A stretch of 64,000 nucleotides of DNA. Origin: Patescibacteria group bacterium UBA1388. GTDB taxonomy: Bacteria; Patescibacteriota; Microgenomatia; UBA1400; PJMF01. Where the stretch lies: NCBI GenBank assembly GCA_002305355.1, contig DBQS01000014.1, positions 4,720-68,719 on the forward strand, written 5' to 3'. Of the stretch, positions 44,718-54,121 are shown piece by piece (position 1 is the stretch's first letter; each line of letters starts with the position of its first letter). A program made the translations under genes and the position numbers. The notes under the pieces were generated by a model that was not told the origin of the DNA, searched no databases, and was given only the letters and a program-made list of their open reading frames with translations.

Positions 44718-45017
44718 TTATCTTAGCATTTCTATCATGCTGGTTTCGTAATACGGCACATTTCTAGCTCCTTGATCTGGTCTCCCATTAATAATCATGA
44801 GTTTGTCTAGCTCATCATCAGTTAATTTAAAAATTTGGAGCACATCAGTATCTAGTGCATAAGCCAGCTTAAAAGCGAGGTATAAAGATGGCAGCCTCTT
44901 GCCTTTTTCAATGGCAGCAATGCATTGTCTGGTCACTTGGGTTCGATCTGCCAATGTTGATTGAGAAAGATTGCAATAAGTTCTAAATTTGTGGAGACGG
45001 CTGCTGATAGGTTGCAA
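44718..45017 (-). CDS. XRE-family (Cro/C1-type) HTH transcriptional regulator
   Basis: It has the HTH 'LSQSTLADRTQVTRQCIAAIEKGKRLPS'. Confidence 0.65.
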   Translation of the reverse strand: MQPISSRLHKFRTYCNLSQSTLADRTQVTRQCIAAIEKGKRLPSLYLAFKLAYALDTDVLQIFKLTDDELDKLMIINGRPDQGARNVPYYETSMIEMLR

Positions 45018-45467
45018 ATTATGGAAGAGTTTATCATGAGTCCATTGCGCGAAGTGTAGGATATAGAGAGCACACTCCCCTATGTGAAACTAGGCAACAA
45101 AATGTAACATTTTGGGGTTCGAATGTTAACTTTAGTTGCCTACTTTGGGAAAGGATGGCCTTGCTCGCAGGGGGTTGCTGAGGAGAATATCAAAAATTAA
45201 GATCACTTGAAAATGGTTGGGTTAATTACTTAGATATGCTATTTATTCGAGATTATTACATATTTAGAAGTGCCAGATCGGTGTCGTTGTGGCCTGCTTG
45301 GCAAGCGTGTTAAGCATTCTGCTGATGTTTACCGTGGAATTTATGATGCTCATGCTCTCCAGTGTGATTGTGGTGATGCTGAGCAGGGCGTTTGTGTAAA
45401 AAAGTCGACAATTAATTAATCAAATAGGAAAACAAGATTAATCAAACTGATAATTAGTGATAAAAGT

Positions 45468-46190
45468 TTAGGCACCCATGTGGGCTGATTTCTCGTGATG
45501 AAAAGTGTCTTGAATCTGTTTGGTGGCTTTATACCCCACCCCAAATCCTCTCTTCCTTCTACCAACAGCCAGCCATGAGGAAGAATCACCTGGATTTAAC
45601 TTTGAAATGAGCCAACCAATGTAGGTGTAGTAGTTATCATAATAAGCACCTGTTTCAAGTTCTTCTGGAAGCCGTGTGGACAAACTATTTTCTATCTCTT
45701 GTGGAGCCTGCTTTTGCCTTGCTAATGCAAGTAACTGACCTCTCATTTGCTCGATTTTTGCCTGAACCTCACGCTCTCTTGCATCATAAATTGCAGTCTG
45801 TTCTTTGCCTTGACGATCTAATGCCAAAGCTCTTTGTGCCTCACGGGATTGAACCAACTCCGCTTGTTGTTTTGCAAACTCTCCGGGAAATTTGTGGGAA
45901 TCTAAATTATTGTCAACTTGTGCCATTGAGGTAGCATCGCGATTTTGCCCATTTGCAATCATCTGATAGAGGTCTTGCAGGTTACTTGGATCACCAAATT
46001 CGCCAAGACCAACTTGGTTTTGATTGGGAGATTCCTGAGTATTCCCAGCGGCTGACCGCAATCTTTTGGCAAACTCACCCAAGTCATCGATCCCTGGTAC
46101 ATCACCAGTTTGATTACTGATTTCAGGCCAAGCGACAGGAGACTGATTTGTCCCCAGATGTCTGACTGCTGATGTTGGGTTGGTTTTCAT
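45468..46190 (-). CDS. Hypothetical protein (240 aa), Gln/Glu-rich central coiled-coil
   Basis: This ORF has no recognisable motif. Confidence 0.4.
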   Translation of the reverse strand: MKTNPTSAVRHLGTNQSPVAWPEISNQTGDVPGIDDLGEFAKRLRSAAGNTQESPNQNQVGLGEFGDPSNLQDLYQMIANGQNRDATSMAQVDNNLDSHKFPGEFAKQQAELVQSREAQRALALDRQGKEQTAIYDAREREVQAKIEQMRGQLLALARQKQAPQEIENSLSTRLPEELETGAYYDNYYTYIGWLISKLNPGDSSSWLAVGRRKRGFGVGYKATKQIQDTFHHEKSAHMGA

Positions 46191-46372
46191 TTAATTGATT
46201 TGATTATTGAATCTTACACCTTCAAGTTCCAACTATTATAAGCTGATATAGTTGGCTAGTCAATGTATTGATCTGATATATTTAATTCTTAAACCGTATT
46301 ATACCAAAAATACCCGCGAAAAGGGCGAGCGGTTGTGGGCAGGTTAATAGCGCCATTTTAGAAAATTGTGAC

Positions 46373-47329
46373 TTAAATTGCAAGCAGATGCGCGGTGACT
46401 TTGTTTCTGATCAAGGTTTGCGCCAATGCGCGGCGGTAATGTTGATTTTCTAAATAGATTTTTTGCGAATCTTCAGGCAAGTTTTTCTTGATGTAAGCTG
46501 CAATTTCATCGTCTGAAACTGTCAGCTTAGCCTCAGCAGCAATGCTATCTAAAATGAAGACGACTTGGATTCTACCTAGAGCACCAATTGTCAACTCTTC
46601 TGATAGCTTCTCAAAAGTGAGTTTGCGTCGTTCCAGATAATCATCTAGTTCCAGTTTCATCGATTGTAACTGCCTGACAAGCTGATCAAGGTCTGCTCTT
46701 ACTTCTTGTTTGACAATCAATTCCGGAATAATAGGTTTGAAATTCTGCACAAGAGCCTGGTAGATAACTTGAAGGCGGTACTCGTTTTTTTGCTCCTCGG
46801 TAGGGGGTTTTGAGGTTGGTGTTTCATTTGATTTGGTTGCAGAGGCATCTTTGTGTTTGGTTTTTGATTTTACTATTTCTTTTTCTTGCACCCTCAATTT
46901 TTGGTCAGCATCTTTTTTAGCTTTTGAGACAATCTTTTGATAATTTGGCACTTTAATAACCGGTTTTTCAGCAAACTGAGCTTCTAGTACTACTTCATTA
47001 CCCTTAGCAAATTTAATGGGTCTAAATTCTGGTTGAGTAACAGGGCTTTTGCCGGCTTTTTTTATCGCTTCAGTGTAAGCAGTTGGCAGCAATTTTTCTA
47101 ATGATCTTTCTAAAATTTTATCGCTGCCAATTCTTTCTTCAACTAACTCAGCCGGTACCTTCCCCTGACGAAAACCATCACTTTTCATGGTTTTTGCTAA
47201 TTCGCGGATAGTTTTTTGATACGCGGGTTTAACTTTCTCCCAGGGAAGGGTAATTCTGAGCGTATCATTTGCGCCGATTAAGGGTTTTTCTACAGAGGTT
47301 GTGGTTTTGGTAGATTTTTTGATTGCCAT
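46373..47329 (-). CDS. tig: Trigger factor lacking the central PPIase (FKBP) domain
   Basis: The N-terminal ribosome-binding domain (…RITLPWEKVKPAYQKTIRELAKTMKSDGFRQGKVPAELVEERIGSDKI…, GFRxGKxP motif) and the C-terminal arm domain are present. The middle is a Lys-rich linker. The start is taken at ATG 47329, because the track's longer GTG-start version (to 47374) would abut the divergent gene. Confidence 0.7.
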   Translation of the reverse strand: MAIKKSTKTTTSVEKPLIGANDTLRITLPWEKVKPAYQKTIRELAKTMKSDGFRQGKVPAELVEERIGSDKILERSLEKLLPTAYTEAIKKAGKSPVTQPEFRPIKFAKGNEVVLEAQFAEKPVIKVPNYQKIVSKAKKDADQKLRVQEKEIVKSKTKHKDASATKSNETPTSKPPTEEQKNEYRLQVIYQALVQNFKPIIPELIVKQEVRADLDQLVRQLQSMKLELDDYLERRKLTFEKLSEELTIGALGRIQVVFILDSIAAEAKLTVSDDEIAAYIKKNLPEDSQKIYLENQHYRRALAQTLIRNKVTAHLLAI

Positions 47330-47412
47330 AAGGTGGCTATTATAACTGATGATGGCAAGTGATTTGACTACCACTTGTGTTTTTGGGTCATGATGAGTAC
47401 ATTATCCCTAAT

Positions 47413-47973
47413 ATGACAGACTCAGCAAAAAAAACCTTGATAATTTTAGCAGCGGTGTTTGCCCTTGGTGCATTACTTTGGTTTGCTTATTTGTTTTCAG
47501 GAGGTGATGCTTCACCGGTCGAAGAATTGCCAGTTCCCACGGCAGCACGAATTGATAACTTGGATGATACTCCAAACACTCCAAACGAAAACGAGGATTT
47601 ATTACCTCCCACTGCGCCTGCAGCAGAAGGTGATCGAGCGATACTCACCAGTCAGACCTGGACTTGGGTAAGGACAGAGATGAACGATGACAGTTTGATT
47701 ACTCCCAATAAGCCGGGTATTTTTACTGTTATCTTCAACGAAGATGGAAGAGTGAATTTGGGTACAGATTGTAATAGTATGTCGGGAAGTTATAGTTTAC
47801 CAGCCGTTGGCCAAATTGCATTTGCCCCCTTTTCAACGACGTTTATGTTTTGTGAAGGTTCACAGGAGGGTGAGTTTTCTGGCATGTTGCGAGATTCCAC
47901 AGGATATATGTTTGAAGATGATCAGTTAGTGTTGCAGCTCAAGTATGATTCTGGGTCGGTTTTTTTCGAATAA
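47413..47973 (+). CDS. META/HslJ-like domain protein with N-terminal TM anchor
   Basis: 'NEDGRVNLGTDCNSMSGSYSL…IAFAPFSTTFMFCEG…' matches the META domain pattern seen in HslJ (GCNxxxGSY…TxMAC). The start is taken at ATG 47413 (MTDSAKK…). Confidence 0.55.
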   Translation: MTDSAKKTLIILAAVFALGALLWFAYLFSGGDASPVEELPVPTAARIDNLDDTPNTPNENEDLLPPTAPAAEGDRAILTSQTWTWVRTEMNDDSLITPNKPGIFTVIFNEDGRVNLGTDCNSMSGSYSLPAVGQIAFAPFSTTFMFCEGSQEGEFSGMLRDSTGYMFEDDQLVLQLKYDSGSVFFE

Positions 47974-48114
47974 AGACTAAAGATTAAGTAATTATTGCTC
48001 TAAGCAGGCAGGTTGTTGCTTGATGCCTTTGGTTGAAAATTACGGTTTGAAATCTCAAATTTATTCATTATTGACTCGAGTTTCTATTATTGATGGGTTA
48101 TAATCTATGTCCAC

Positions 48115-48192
48115 GGCGCGGTACCAGAGTGGTCTAATGGCGAGGTCTGCAAAACCTTCGATTCGCGGGTTCAAATCCCGCCCGCGCCTCCA
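48115..48192 (+). tRNA. tRNA-Cys (anticodon GCA)
   Basis: The cloverleaf was folded by hand. The acceptor is GGCGCGG/CCGCGCC, the anticodon loop CTGCAAA, and the T-arm GCGGG-TTCAAAT-CCCGC. CCA is encoded. Confidence 0.75.
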
Positions 48193-48218
48193 TCAGATAT
48201 CCATATTTCACCGGTCGT

Positions 48219-48884
48219 TTGAATATGACAACCAAATCAAGATTTTTAGTAAACCTTCAAAAGTTTTTTATTCAATATCGGCAATCAATCGTTGTTGGTT
48301 TTTTAATGATGGAGATTGGTTTAGTTTTCTGGTGGATGTGGATTTATTGGCAGGCGGCGACAGATTATGCAAGCGTTGTTTGGATTTTATTTAATTGGGG
48401 GTCAATTTTTGGCCAAATAGCCATTGGGCTATATGTGATGACGTTATTACCAGGCGTCATCACGCGGTTAAAGTGGTGGTCAGCAATCACGAAACCAATC
48501 GGGTTAATTTTAATGTTGTTTCGGCGCCACTTCGGTATTTTAATGTTCATTTTGGCTTTTATTCACCTCACCTTTAGTTCAACCCTCCCCTACTTGGCGC
48601 TTTATAATTTTCAGTCACCAGGTTTGCCGGCATTACGCTCGTTTGAAATTATGGGTGCGATCGGTTGGGCGCTCCTCTTTCCTCTGTGGTTGACGTCTAA
48701 TGACTGGGCGGTGAAGAAGTTGGGAAGATGGTGGAAACGGTTACACAGACTCACATATGTGGCGTTATTTTTCATTTTCACTCATGTGGCATTACAGGGC
48801 GGTGTGGGTGCGGTATTGCTCGGAGCGACAGGAATTATGGTTGCTTTGTCTTGGGTAGTATTTTGGCGAAAAAGTAGAAAATAA
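48219..48884 (+). CDS. Ferric-reductase-like transmembrane domain protein (MsrQ-like heme-binding membrane subunit)
   Basis: It has six TM helices with conserved His residues (…FAFIHLTFS…, …RLHRLTYVALFFIFTHVAL…), typical of PF01794. Confidence 0.5.
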   Translation: MNMTTKSRFLVNLQKFFIQYRQSIVVGFLMMEIGLVFWWMWIYWQAATDYASVVWILFNWGSIFGQIAIGLYVMTLLPGVITRLKWWSAITKPIGLILMLFRRHFGILMFILAFIHLTFSSTLPYLALYNFQSPGLPALRSFEIMGAIGWALLFPLWLTSNDWAVKKLGRWWKRLHRLTYVALFFIFTHVALQGGVGAVLLGATGIMVALSWVVFWRKSRK

Positions 48885-49121
48885 TTATGGTTTGTCACCA
48901 ACCAGCTTGCGAATGTTGTTGATAATTTGATCAATTTCTGCTAATTCATCCAAAAATTTAGCATTGTGACCTTGCTCGGCGGTAGCTACAGACATTAAGC
49001 TGACAGCATTGATAAACAGCTGATCTTCACAGATTGGGATGATACCGGTTGGTTTTTTATAAACTTGTTCATCGAGCAATGATCTAATAGGGTTGGGGTT
49101 TTCTTGGGTTTTACGTGACAT
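48885..49121 (-). CDS. Hypothetical small protein (78 aa)
   Basis: The ORF abuts the end of the upstream gene. It has no recognisable motif. Confidence 0.3.
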   Translation of the reverse strand: MSRKTQENPNPIRSLLDEQVYKKPTGIIPICEDQLFINAVSLMSVATAEQGHNAKFLDELAEIDQIINNIRKLVGDKP

Positions 49122-49211
49122 TAATCAAAATCCAATTTTAACAAAACGTAATTTTTGAGGACTTAAGAATACAAAATCTATGTTTTTTCTTTAAACGTTA
49201 TAATAACCAGC

Positions 49212-50375
49212 ATGTGCCATAAAATAAAGAGCTACTATATTCACACTTTTGGATGCCAGTCCAACAAGGCTGATAGCGAGCGAATTGCTGGTGACTATCA
49301 AGCGCGAGGGTTTGTGGAGGCAGATGATTGGCGAGAATGTGACGAGTTGGTGATCAATACTTGCGCGGTGCGGCAGCGCGCGGAAGACCGCGCGCGCGGT
49401 TTCCTGCACAACGTGGGGTTGTATTTTGAAGAACAACAAAAGCCCCGCCCCAAAATAATCTTGACTGGTTGCATGATTCACCACGGTGACAGGAAGTTGC
49501 AGGAAATGATGCCTGCGGTTGATGAAGTGTTGCCAATTGGTGAAGTGGGTTTTAACCAAACTGCCATTCGCAAAGATAAAAAACACGCCTTTATACCCAT
49601 TTCCACTGGCTGCAACTCATTTTGCACATTTTGCATTGTGCCATATTCGCGCGGCCGGGAAAAATCTCGTAGCATGAATGAAATTCTGGATGAAGTGGCA
49701 TTGCTAATTGATCAGGGCTACGAAGAAATTACACTCCTCGGCATGAATGTCAACTCTTGGGGATTAGAGAAACTTGGCATCGGTTTTCGTAAACTAATGA
49801 TGAGTCATCAAGAGTTCACCCGAGAAGATTTGCCAGACAATCAGTCTCAGTATTTGAGACCCAAAAAAACTCCTCCATTCGTCAAGTTGCTCCAAGCTAT
49901 TTCCAAGTTCGACCAAATCAAAGTTATCCGCTTCATGACTAGCAATCCTTGGGATTTTCATGATGAACTAATTGCAGAGATCGGTCTGAACAAAAAGATT
50001 GATCGTTATGTGCATTTACCAGTCCAATCTGGTAGCAATAGTGTGTTGTACCGGATGAATCGTGGTTACAAGCGTGAAGATTATTTGAGGGTTGTGCAAA
50101 AATTGAGAGCCGCAGACCCCAAAATTGTGATCGGTACCGATATTATTGTAGGTTTTCCGGGAGAAACTGAGGCAGAATTTGAGGAGACGGTCAGTTTAGC
50201 AAAAGAAGTGGATTGGCAAATTGCTTTTGTAGCTATCTACTCTCCCCGACCGGGTACGGCTAGCGATCGAATCTATGAGGATGATGTGCCACACCATGAA
50301 AAACGCCGCCGTTGGCAAATTTTGGAAGATTTAATCAACCAAAAACATTTGTCACATCGGCCGGTGGTGGTATAA
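49212..50375 (+). CDS. MiaB/RimO-family radical-SAM methylthiotransferase (appears to lack C-terminal TRAM domain)
   Basis: It has the N-terminal MTTase Cys triad (…FGCQSN…, …NTCAVRQRAE…, …TGCMIH…) and the radical-SAM CxxxCxxC 'STGCNSFCTFCIVPY'. It ends right after the radical-SAM domain. Confidence 0.75.
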   Translation: MCHKIKSYYIHTFGCQSNKADSERIAGDYQARGFVEADDWRECDELVINTCAVRQRAEDRARGFLHNVGLYFEEQQKPRPKIILTGCMIHHGDRKLQEMMPAVDEVLPIGEVGFNQTAIRKDKKHAFIPISTGCNSFCTFCIVPYSRGREKSRSMNEILDEVALLIDQGYEEITLLGMNVNSWGLEKLGIGFRKLMMSHQEFTREDLPDNQSQYLRPKKTPPFVKLLQAISKFDQIKVIRFMTSNPWDFHDELIAEIGLNKKIDRYVHLPVQSGSNSVLYRMNRGYKREDYLRVVQKLRAADPKIVIGTDIIVGFPGETEAEFEETVSLAKEVDWQIAFVAIYSPRPGTASDRIYEDDVPHHEKRRRWQILEDLINQKHLSHRPVVV

Positions 50376-50544
50376 CGTAAACACGGAAAGCTCAAATCGA
50401 AGCTGAGGGAGAAGCATTGCGTATTAGTTCATGCGATCAAACTGACTCAGTTATGTTTGACTAAGTTAAATATTCAGTAAGAAATTTTGGGCCGAAAATA
50501 AGGGTTGAAATTTTGATGATTGACCTGAAAGAGTTGGAAAGAAA

Positions 50545-51654
50545 ATGTTTATGCAACTAGATAAACAAAGCGTAATTAGCGTGGTTGGCCCCACAGCTAG
50601 CGGCAAGACAAATTTCGCCCTTCAGTTAGCTGAACAGTTATTAGTCCAAGAGAAATCCTCAGGAGTCGATCTCATTTCTGCTGATTCCAAACAAATCTAT
50701 CAAGGGATATCAATTTTAACTGGGGCAGATATTCCGTCTGGATTTGAAGCTCGGGCAGATCGGCAATTTGAATGGAGTTACTTTTCGAAAAACAAAATTA
50801 ATTTACATGGGATTGCTATCATTCCTCCTTTAGCAGCTTGGTCGGTGGCTCATTTTCGGAATTTTGGTAAAAAAATTATCACCGCTGCAGTCAAGCACAA
50901 CCGAAAAGTAATCATCGTCGGGGGGACGGGCTTATATCACCGCTGGTTATTTGCTGATGACTCGCAATTGTCAGTTCCGCCAAATGCAGCATGGCGTCAA
51001 ACTGCCAAGAAGATGGATCTGTATGAGTTGCAAAACAAGTTGCAACAACTTGATTCAGCACATTTTCAGGCGATGAATCGTTCTGACCAACAAAATCCAC
51101 GTCGTTTAATAAGAGCAGTTGAGATTAAGCTTTTCCAAATAAAATCAACTTCCAAAGTGGGAGTGTCGTTTTTGCTTGATGATCATCAGTACCAGACAAC
51201 CAGCTTAAACCAAAACAGAGTTTCTACTCACTCCAAAACTTTTCATGTTAAGAAATTTGATGATGCTGCTCACGACCAGTCTGTAGACAAGCAGGGCGAC
51301 GTTAATAAGGCTGCATCATTTAACCGTCTTGATCGCCTGACTATTGGGATAAGTATTGATTTACAAACGCTGCAGCAAAAAATTACCAATAGAGTGCGTG
51401 AAAGATTTAAAGGCGGTGCGGTTAATGAAGTAGCGGCTTTGCTTGATGAGCATGCTGCCCACCCAAACCATCCAATTTTTACTACACTTGGATTTTCAGA
51501 AATTAGCCAATATTTGCACCACAAAATATCTGCTGTCGATTGCCAACAATTATGGGCGTTGCACGAATATCAATATGCCAAACGCCAACTCACCTGGTGG
51601 AAGCGGGAAAATGTGTGTTGGGTAACAAAAAATGAACCTCTCAGTTTTCGTTGA
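50545..51654 (+). CDS. miaA: tRNA dimethylallyltransferase
   Basis: It has the P-loop 'VVGPTASGKTNFALQLA' and 'DSKQIYQGISILTGA', with a long insertion in the middle. Confidence 0.8.
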   Translation: MFMQLDKQSVISVVGPTASGKTNFALQLAEQLLVQEKSSGVDLISADSKQIYQGISILTGADIPSGFEARADRQFEWSYFSKNKINLHGIAIIPPLAAWSVAHFRNFGKKIITAAVKHNRKVIIVGGTGLYHRWLFADDSQLSVPPNAAWRQTAKKMDLYELQNKLQQLDSAHFQAMNRSDQQNPRRLIRAVEIKLFQIKSTSKVGVSFLLDDHQYQTTSLNQNRVSTHSKTFHVKKFDDAAHDQSVDKQGDVNKAASFNRLDRLTIGISIDLQTLQQKITNRVRERFKGGAVNEVAALLDEHAAHPNHPIFTTLGFSEISQYLHHKISAVDCQQLWALHEYQYAKRQLTWWKRENVCWVTKNEPLSFR

Positions 51655-51757
51655 CCGAGAAGAGAGATTTTTCCTTCGTCTATTTTTTAGTAATTTCAAC
51701 AGCTTTAATATCAAGAAAAAACTGCTTAGTGAACTGTCTTGAGTTGTAGGTTATACT

Positions 51758-52777
51758 TTGGCTATGACAATCAACTCAGATTCTCGAGCGGTGACGATCG
51801 CTCCCAAAACAATCATCTTAACCTTGTCGATTTTATTGGTGATCTATTTTCTTTATCAGGTCAGAAATATTATTATCTTGTTTTTTTTGGCATTTGTGTT
51901 GATGACAGCCCTCAACCCAGTCGCTCACAAAATTGAACGCTTGACCAAAATTAAGCGCGGTTTGAGCTTGGCGTTAACTTATGTTTTAGTGGTGTTTGTC
52001 ATCAGCGGGTTACTGTGGATGTTGCTCCCGCCTTTAGGTTCTGAGTTGGCTGGTCTTGCCCACTACATTGATCTACCTTTTTTGCAGCGGGAAATTTCTG
52101 GACTGACGTTTTCTGTTCAGGAATTAAGTGCCATGATTGAACGTTTAGGCTCATCGGTTGCAACAGTTTTATCAGTAGTATCATCTACTTTCTCAGGGGT
52201 GTTTGCCAGTTTTACAGTCCTGGTGATGTCTTTCTTTTTGCTTAAAGGAAGAAATGATTTACATAAAAAATTATTTTGGTTTACAAGAAATAAAGTTGAA
52301 ATTGAACGGGCGAGAATTGTCATTGACCAAGTTGAACACCAACTCGGCGGTTGGGTACGGGCAGAACTAATTTTAATGTTCACGATTGGCACTTTAACTT
52401 ATATTGGTCTCGCTGCACTTGGCATTAAATACGCCTTACCACTCGCTCTGTTAGCGGGTTTATTAGAAATTTTACCCAACATTGGACCTACAGTGGCGGC
52501 AGTTCCTGCAATTTTAATCGCTTTTCTCAGTGCCGGCCCGATGATGGCAATTGCTGTGTTAGTATTGGCAATCATTGTGCAGCAACTAGAAAACAACTTT
52601 ATCGTTCCAAAAATCATGAGTGATTCTTGTGACGTTGACCCACTAGTAACAATATTAGCAATCTTGGTTGGATTACAGCTGGGCGGAGTTTTAGGAGCAC
52701 TACTGGCCGTACCCGCTTATATTGTGTTGAGAGTGATTTACTCTGTCTATTTTTTAAAAAGAGTCGTCACATCATAA
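51758..52777 (+). CDS. AI-2E family transporter (UPF0118/PerM-like)
   Basis: It has eight TM helices and the motif 'LLEILPNIGPTVAAVPAILIAF…QQLENNFIVPKIM'. Confidence 0.7.
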   Translation: MAMTINSDSRAVTIAPKTIILTLSILLVIYFLYQVRNIIILFFLAFVLMTALNPVAHKIERLTKIKRGLSLALTYVLVVFVISGLLWMLLPPLGSELAGLAHYIDLPFLQREISGLTFSVQELSAMIERLGSSVATVLSVVSSTFSGVFASFTVLVMSFFLLKGRNDLHKKLFWFTRNKVEIERARIVIDQVEHQLGGWVRAELILMFTIGTLTYIGLAALGIKYALPLALLAGLLEILPNIGPTVAAVPAILIAFLSAGPMMAIAVLVLAIIVQQLENNFIVPKIMSDSCDVDPLVTILAILVGLQLGGVLGALLAVPAYIVLRVIYSVYFLKRVVTS

Positions 52778-52845
52778 TTCATCACTGATATTGTTCACGA
52801 AGGTATCCACTGGAAAAAGATTGACTAATCGGCTATAATATTGAT

Positions 52846-53227
52846 GCGGTATGACCGGATGATGGCTTTGTTTCTTGCCATTGGCCAGGAATGAAGAGGA
52901 AAGTCCGGACAGCAGGCGTAGGGGATCCTGTGAAAGCAGGAGCGCTGTTCTAAGAAATGACTACAATTAGTTATTTTAGAAGCAGTGACAGTCAGAGCAA
53001 CAGAGACGATTTTTGGCAGGCACACGTGATCTGTCAAAACTGAAACGCCGTTGACTCGTTAGTAATAACGACGAGGACTCATCTTAAGCAATTAAGCTAA
53101 GTGGCAATCCTCCCCGCTGCAACCATCGAACTTCACCATAATGCACACGCGCGCTTTGTTGGTGATAATGTCATGGGCACTAGATAGATCATCATTTAAA
53201 CAGAATCCGGCTTACGAGTCATACCGC
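52846..53227 (+). ncRNA. rnpB: RNase P RNA (bacterial type)
   Basis: The P4 halves 'GAGGAAAGTCCGGAC' (52895 region) and 'ACAGAATCCGGCTTAC' (53200 region) are universally conserved RNase P motifs. The P1 stem is gcggtatgac…gtcataccgc, and a TATAAT box ends 7 nt upstream. The ORF-track ORFs overlapping here are spurious. Confidence 0.85.
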
Positions 53228-53383
53228 ACATATTTAAAACTTTTGAAAAAGCTTCTTTTGCGAGGAAAAACTTAGATTTTTTTGCTGGCTAAGTGCTTAA
53301 AAATGCCCGCAAGCAATGAGGTGCTCCCTTTTTAGATTGTTTTCGCTTATACTACACTTGCGTATAAACTGGTGTGAGGACTT

Positions 53384-54070
53384 ATGCAAAGCTTAGTTGA
53401 TTCATTTGTTTTAATTATTGCGCAGTCTACAGAGGCATTTGCTGCTTATTTACCCAGAATTTTAGCATCTTTAGTGGTGTTATTGATTGGGACAGCGATC
53501 GCGAAAGTGATTAGACGACTGATAATACGCCTTTTTGAATCAATTCGTTTATCCCAAGTGGTCAAAAATACGCCCATTGAGCATTTTTTAAACAATGCTG
53601 AGGTGTCAAGTAAAGTTGAGGATGTGGTTGGCGCAATTTTTTATTGGTTGATGATGTTGGTAGTGTTGCAGAGTTCGGTTTCCATCCTCGGATTGACTTC
53701 GTTGTCAGTAATTTTAGAGCGTGTTTTGAGTTATGTGCCGCACATTATTTCGGCGGTGATTATTTTGGTGATAGGTGTTTTATTGGCAGGTTTAGCTGAG
53801 GGTTTAGTCAAAGGCACTATCAAAACAATTGATGGTAAAAGCGCGCGCTTATTGGGCAAGCTGACCAGTTATTCAATCATGGTTTTAACCACCATGATTG
53901 CTATTTCAGAACTTGGTATCGCTAAGGAATATATTTTGATTATGTTCATCGGGTTTGTGACATTGTTGGTTTTGGGTTTGGGATTAGCTCTAGGTTTGGG
54001 CGGACAACATATTGTGCGTTCAGTGCTTGAGGTTTGGTACAAAAAGGTGCGTCAAGACATCAAGGAATAA
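53384..54070 (+). CDS. Membrane protein with duplicated conserved TM-helix repeats (MscS-related TM_helix-like)
   Basis: It has two internally similar hydrophobic repeats (…LPRILASLVVLLIGTAIAKVIRRLI… and …VPHIISAVIILVIGVLLAGLAEGLVKG…). Confidence 0.4.
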   Translation: MQSLVDSFVLIIAQSTEAFAAYLPRILASLVVLLIGTAIAKVIRRLIIRLFESIRLSQVVKNTPIEHFLNNAEVSSKVEDVVGAIFYWLMMLVVLQSSVSILGLTSLSVILERVLSYVPHIISAVIILVIGVLLAGLAEGLVKGTIKTIDGKSARLLGKLTSYSIMVLTTMIAISELGIAKEYILIMFIGFVTLLVLGLGLALGLGGQHIVRSVLEVWYKKVRQDIKE

Positions 54071-54121
54071 AAAAGCCAGTTGGTCAACGCCTAGTATTTT
54101 TCAACTATATAGAGTGAGAAT

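Noticed and set aside
52825-53037. ORF 52825..53037 (-) and other short ORFs across 52846-53227
   Set aside because: This region is the RNase P RNA gene (conserved GAGGAAAGTCCGGAC and ACAGAATCCGGCTTAC motifs). The ORFs are spurious.
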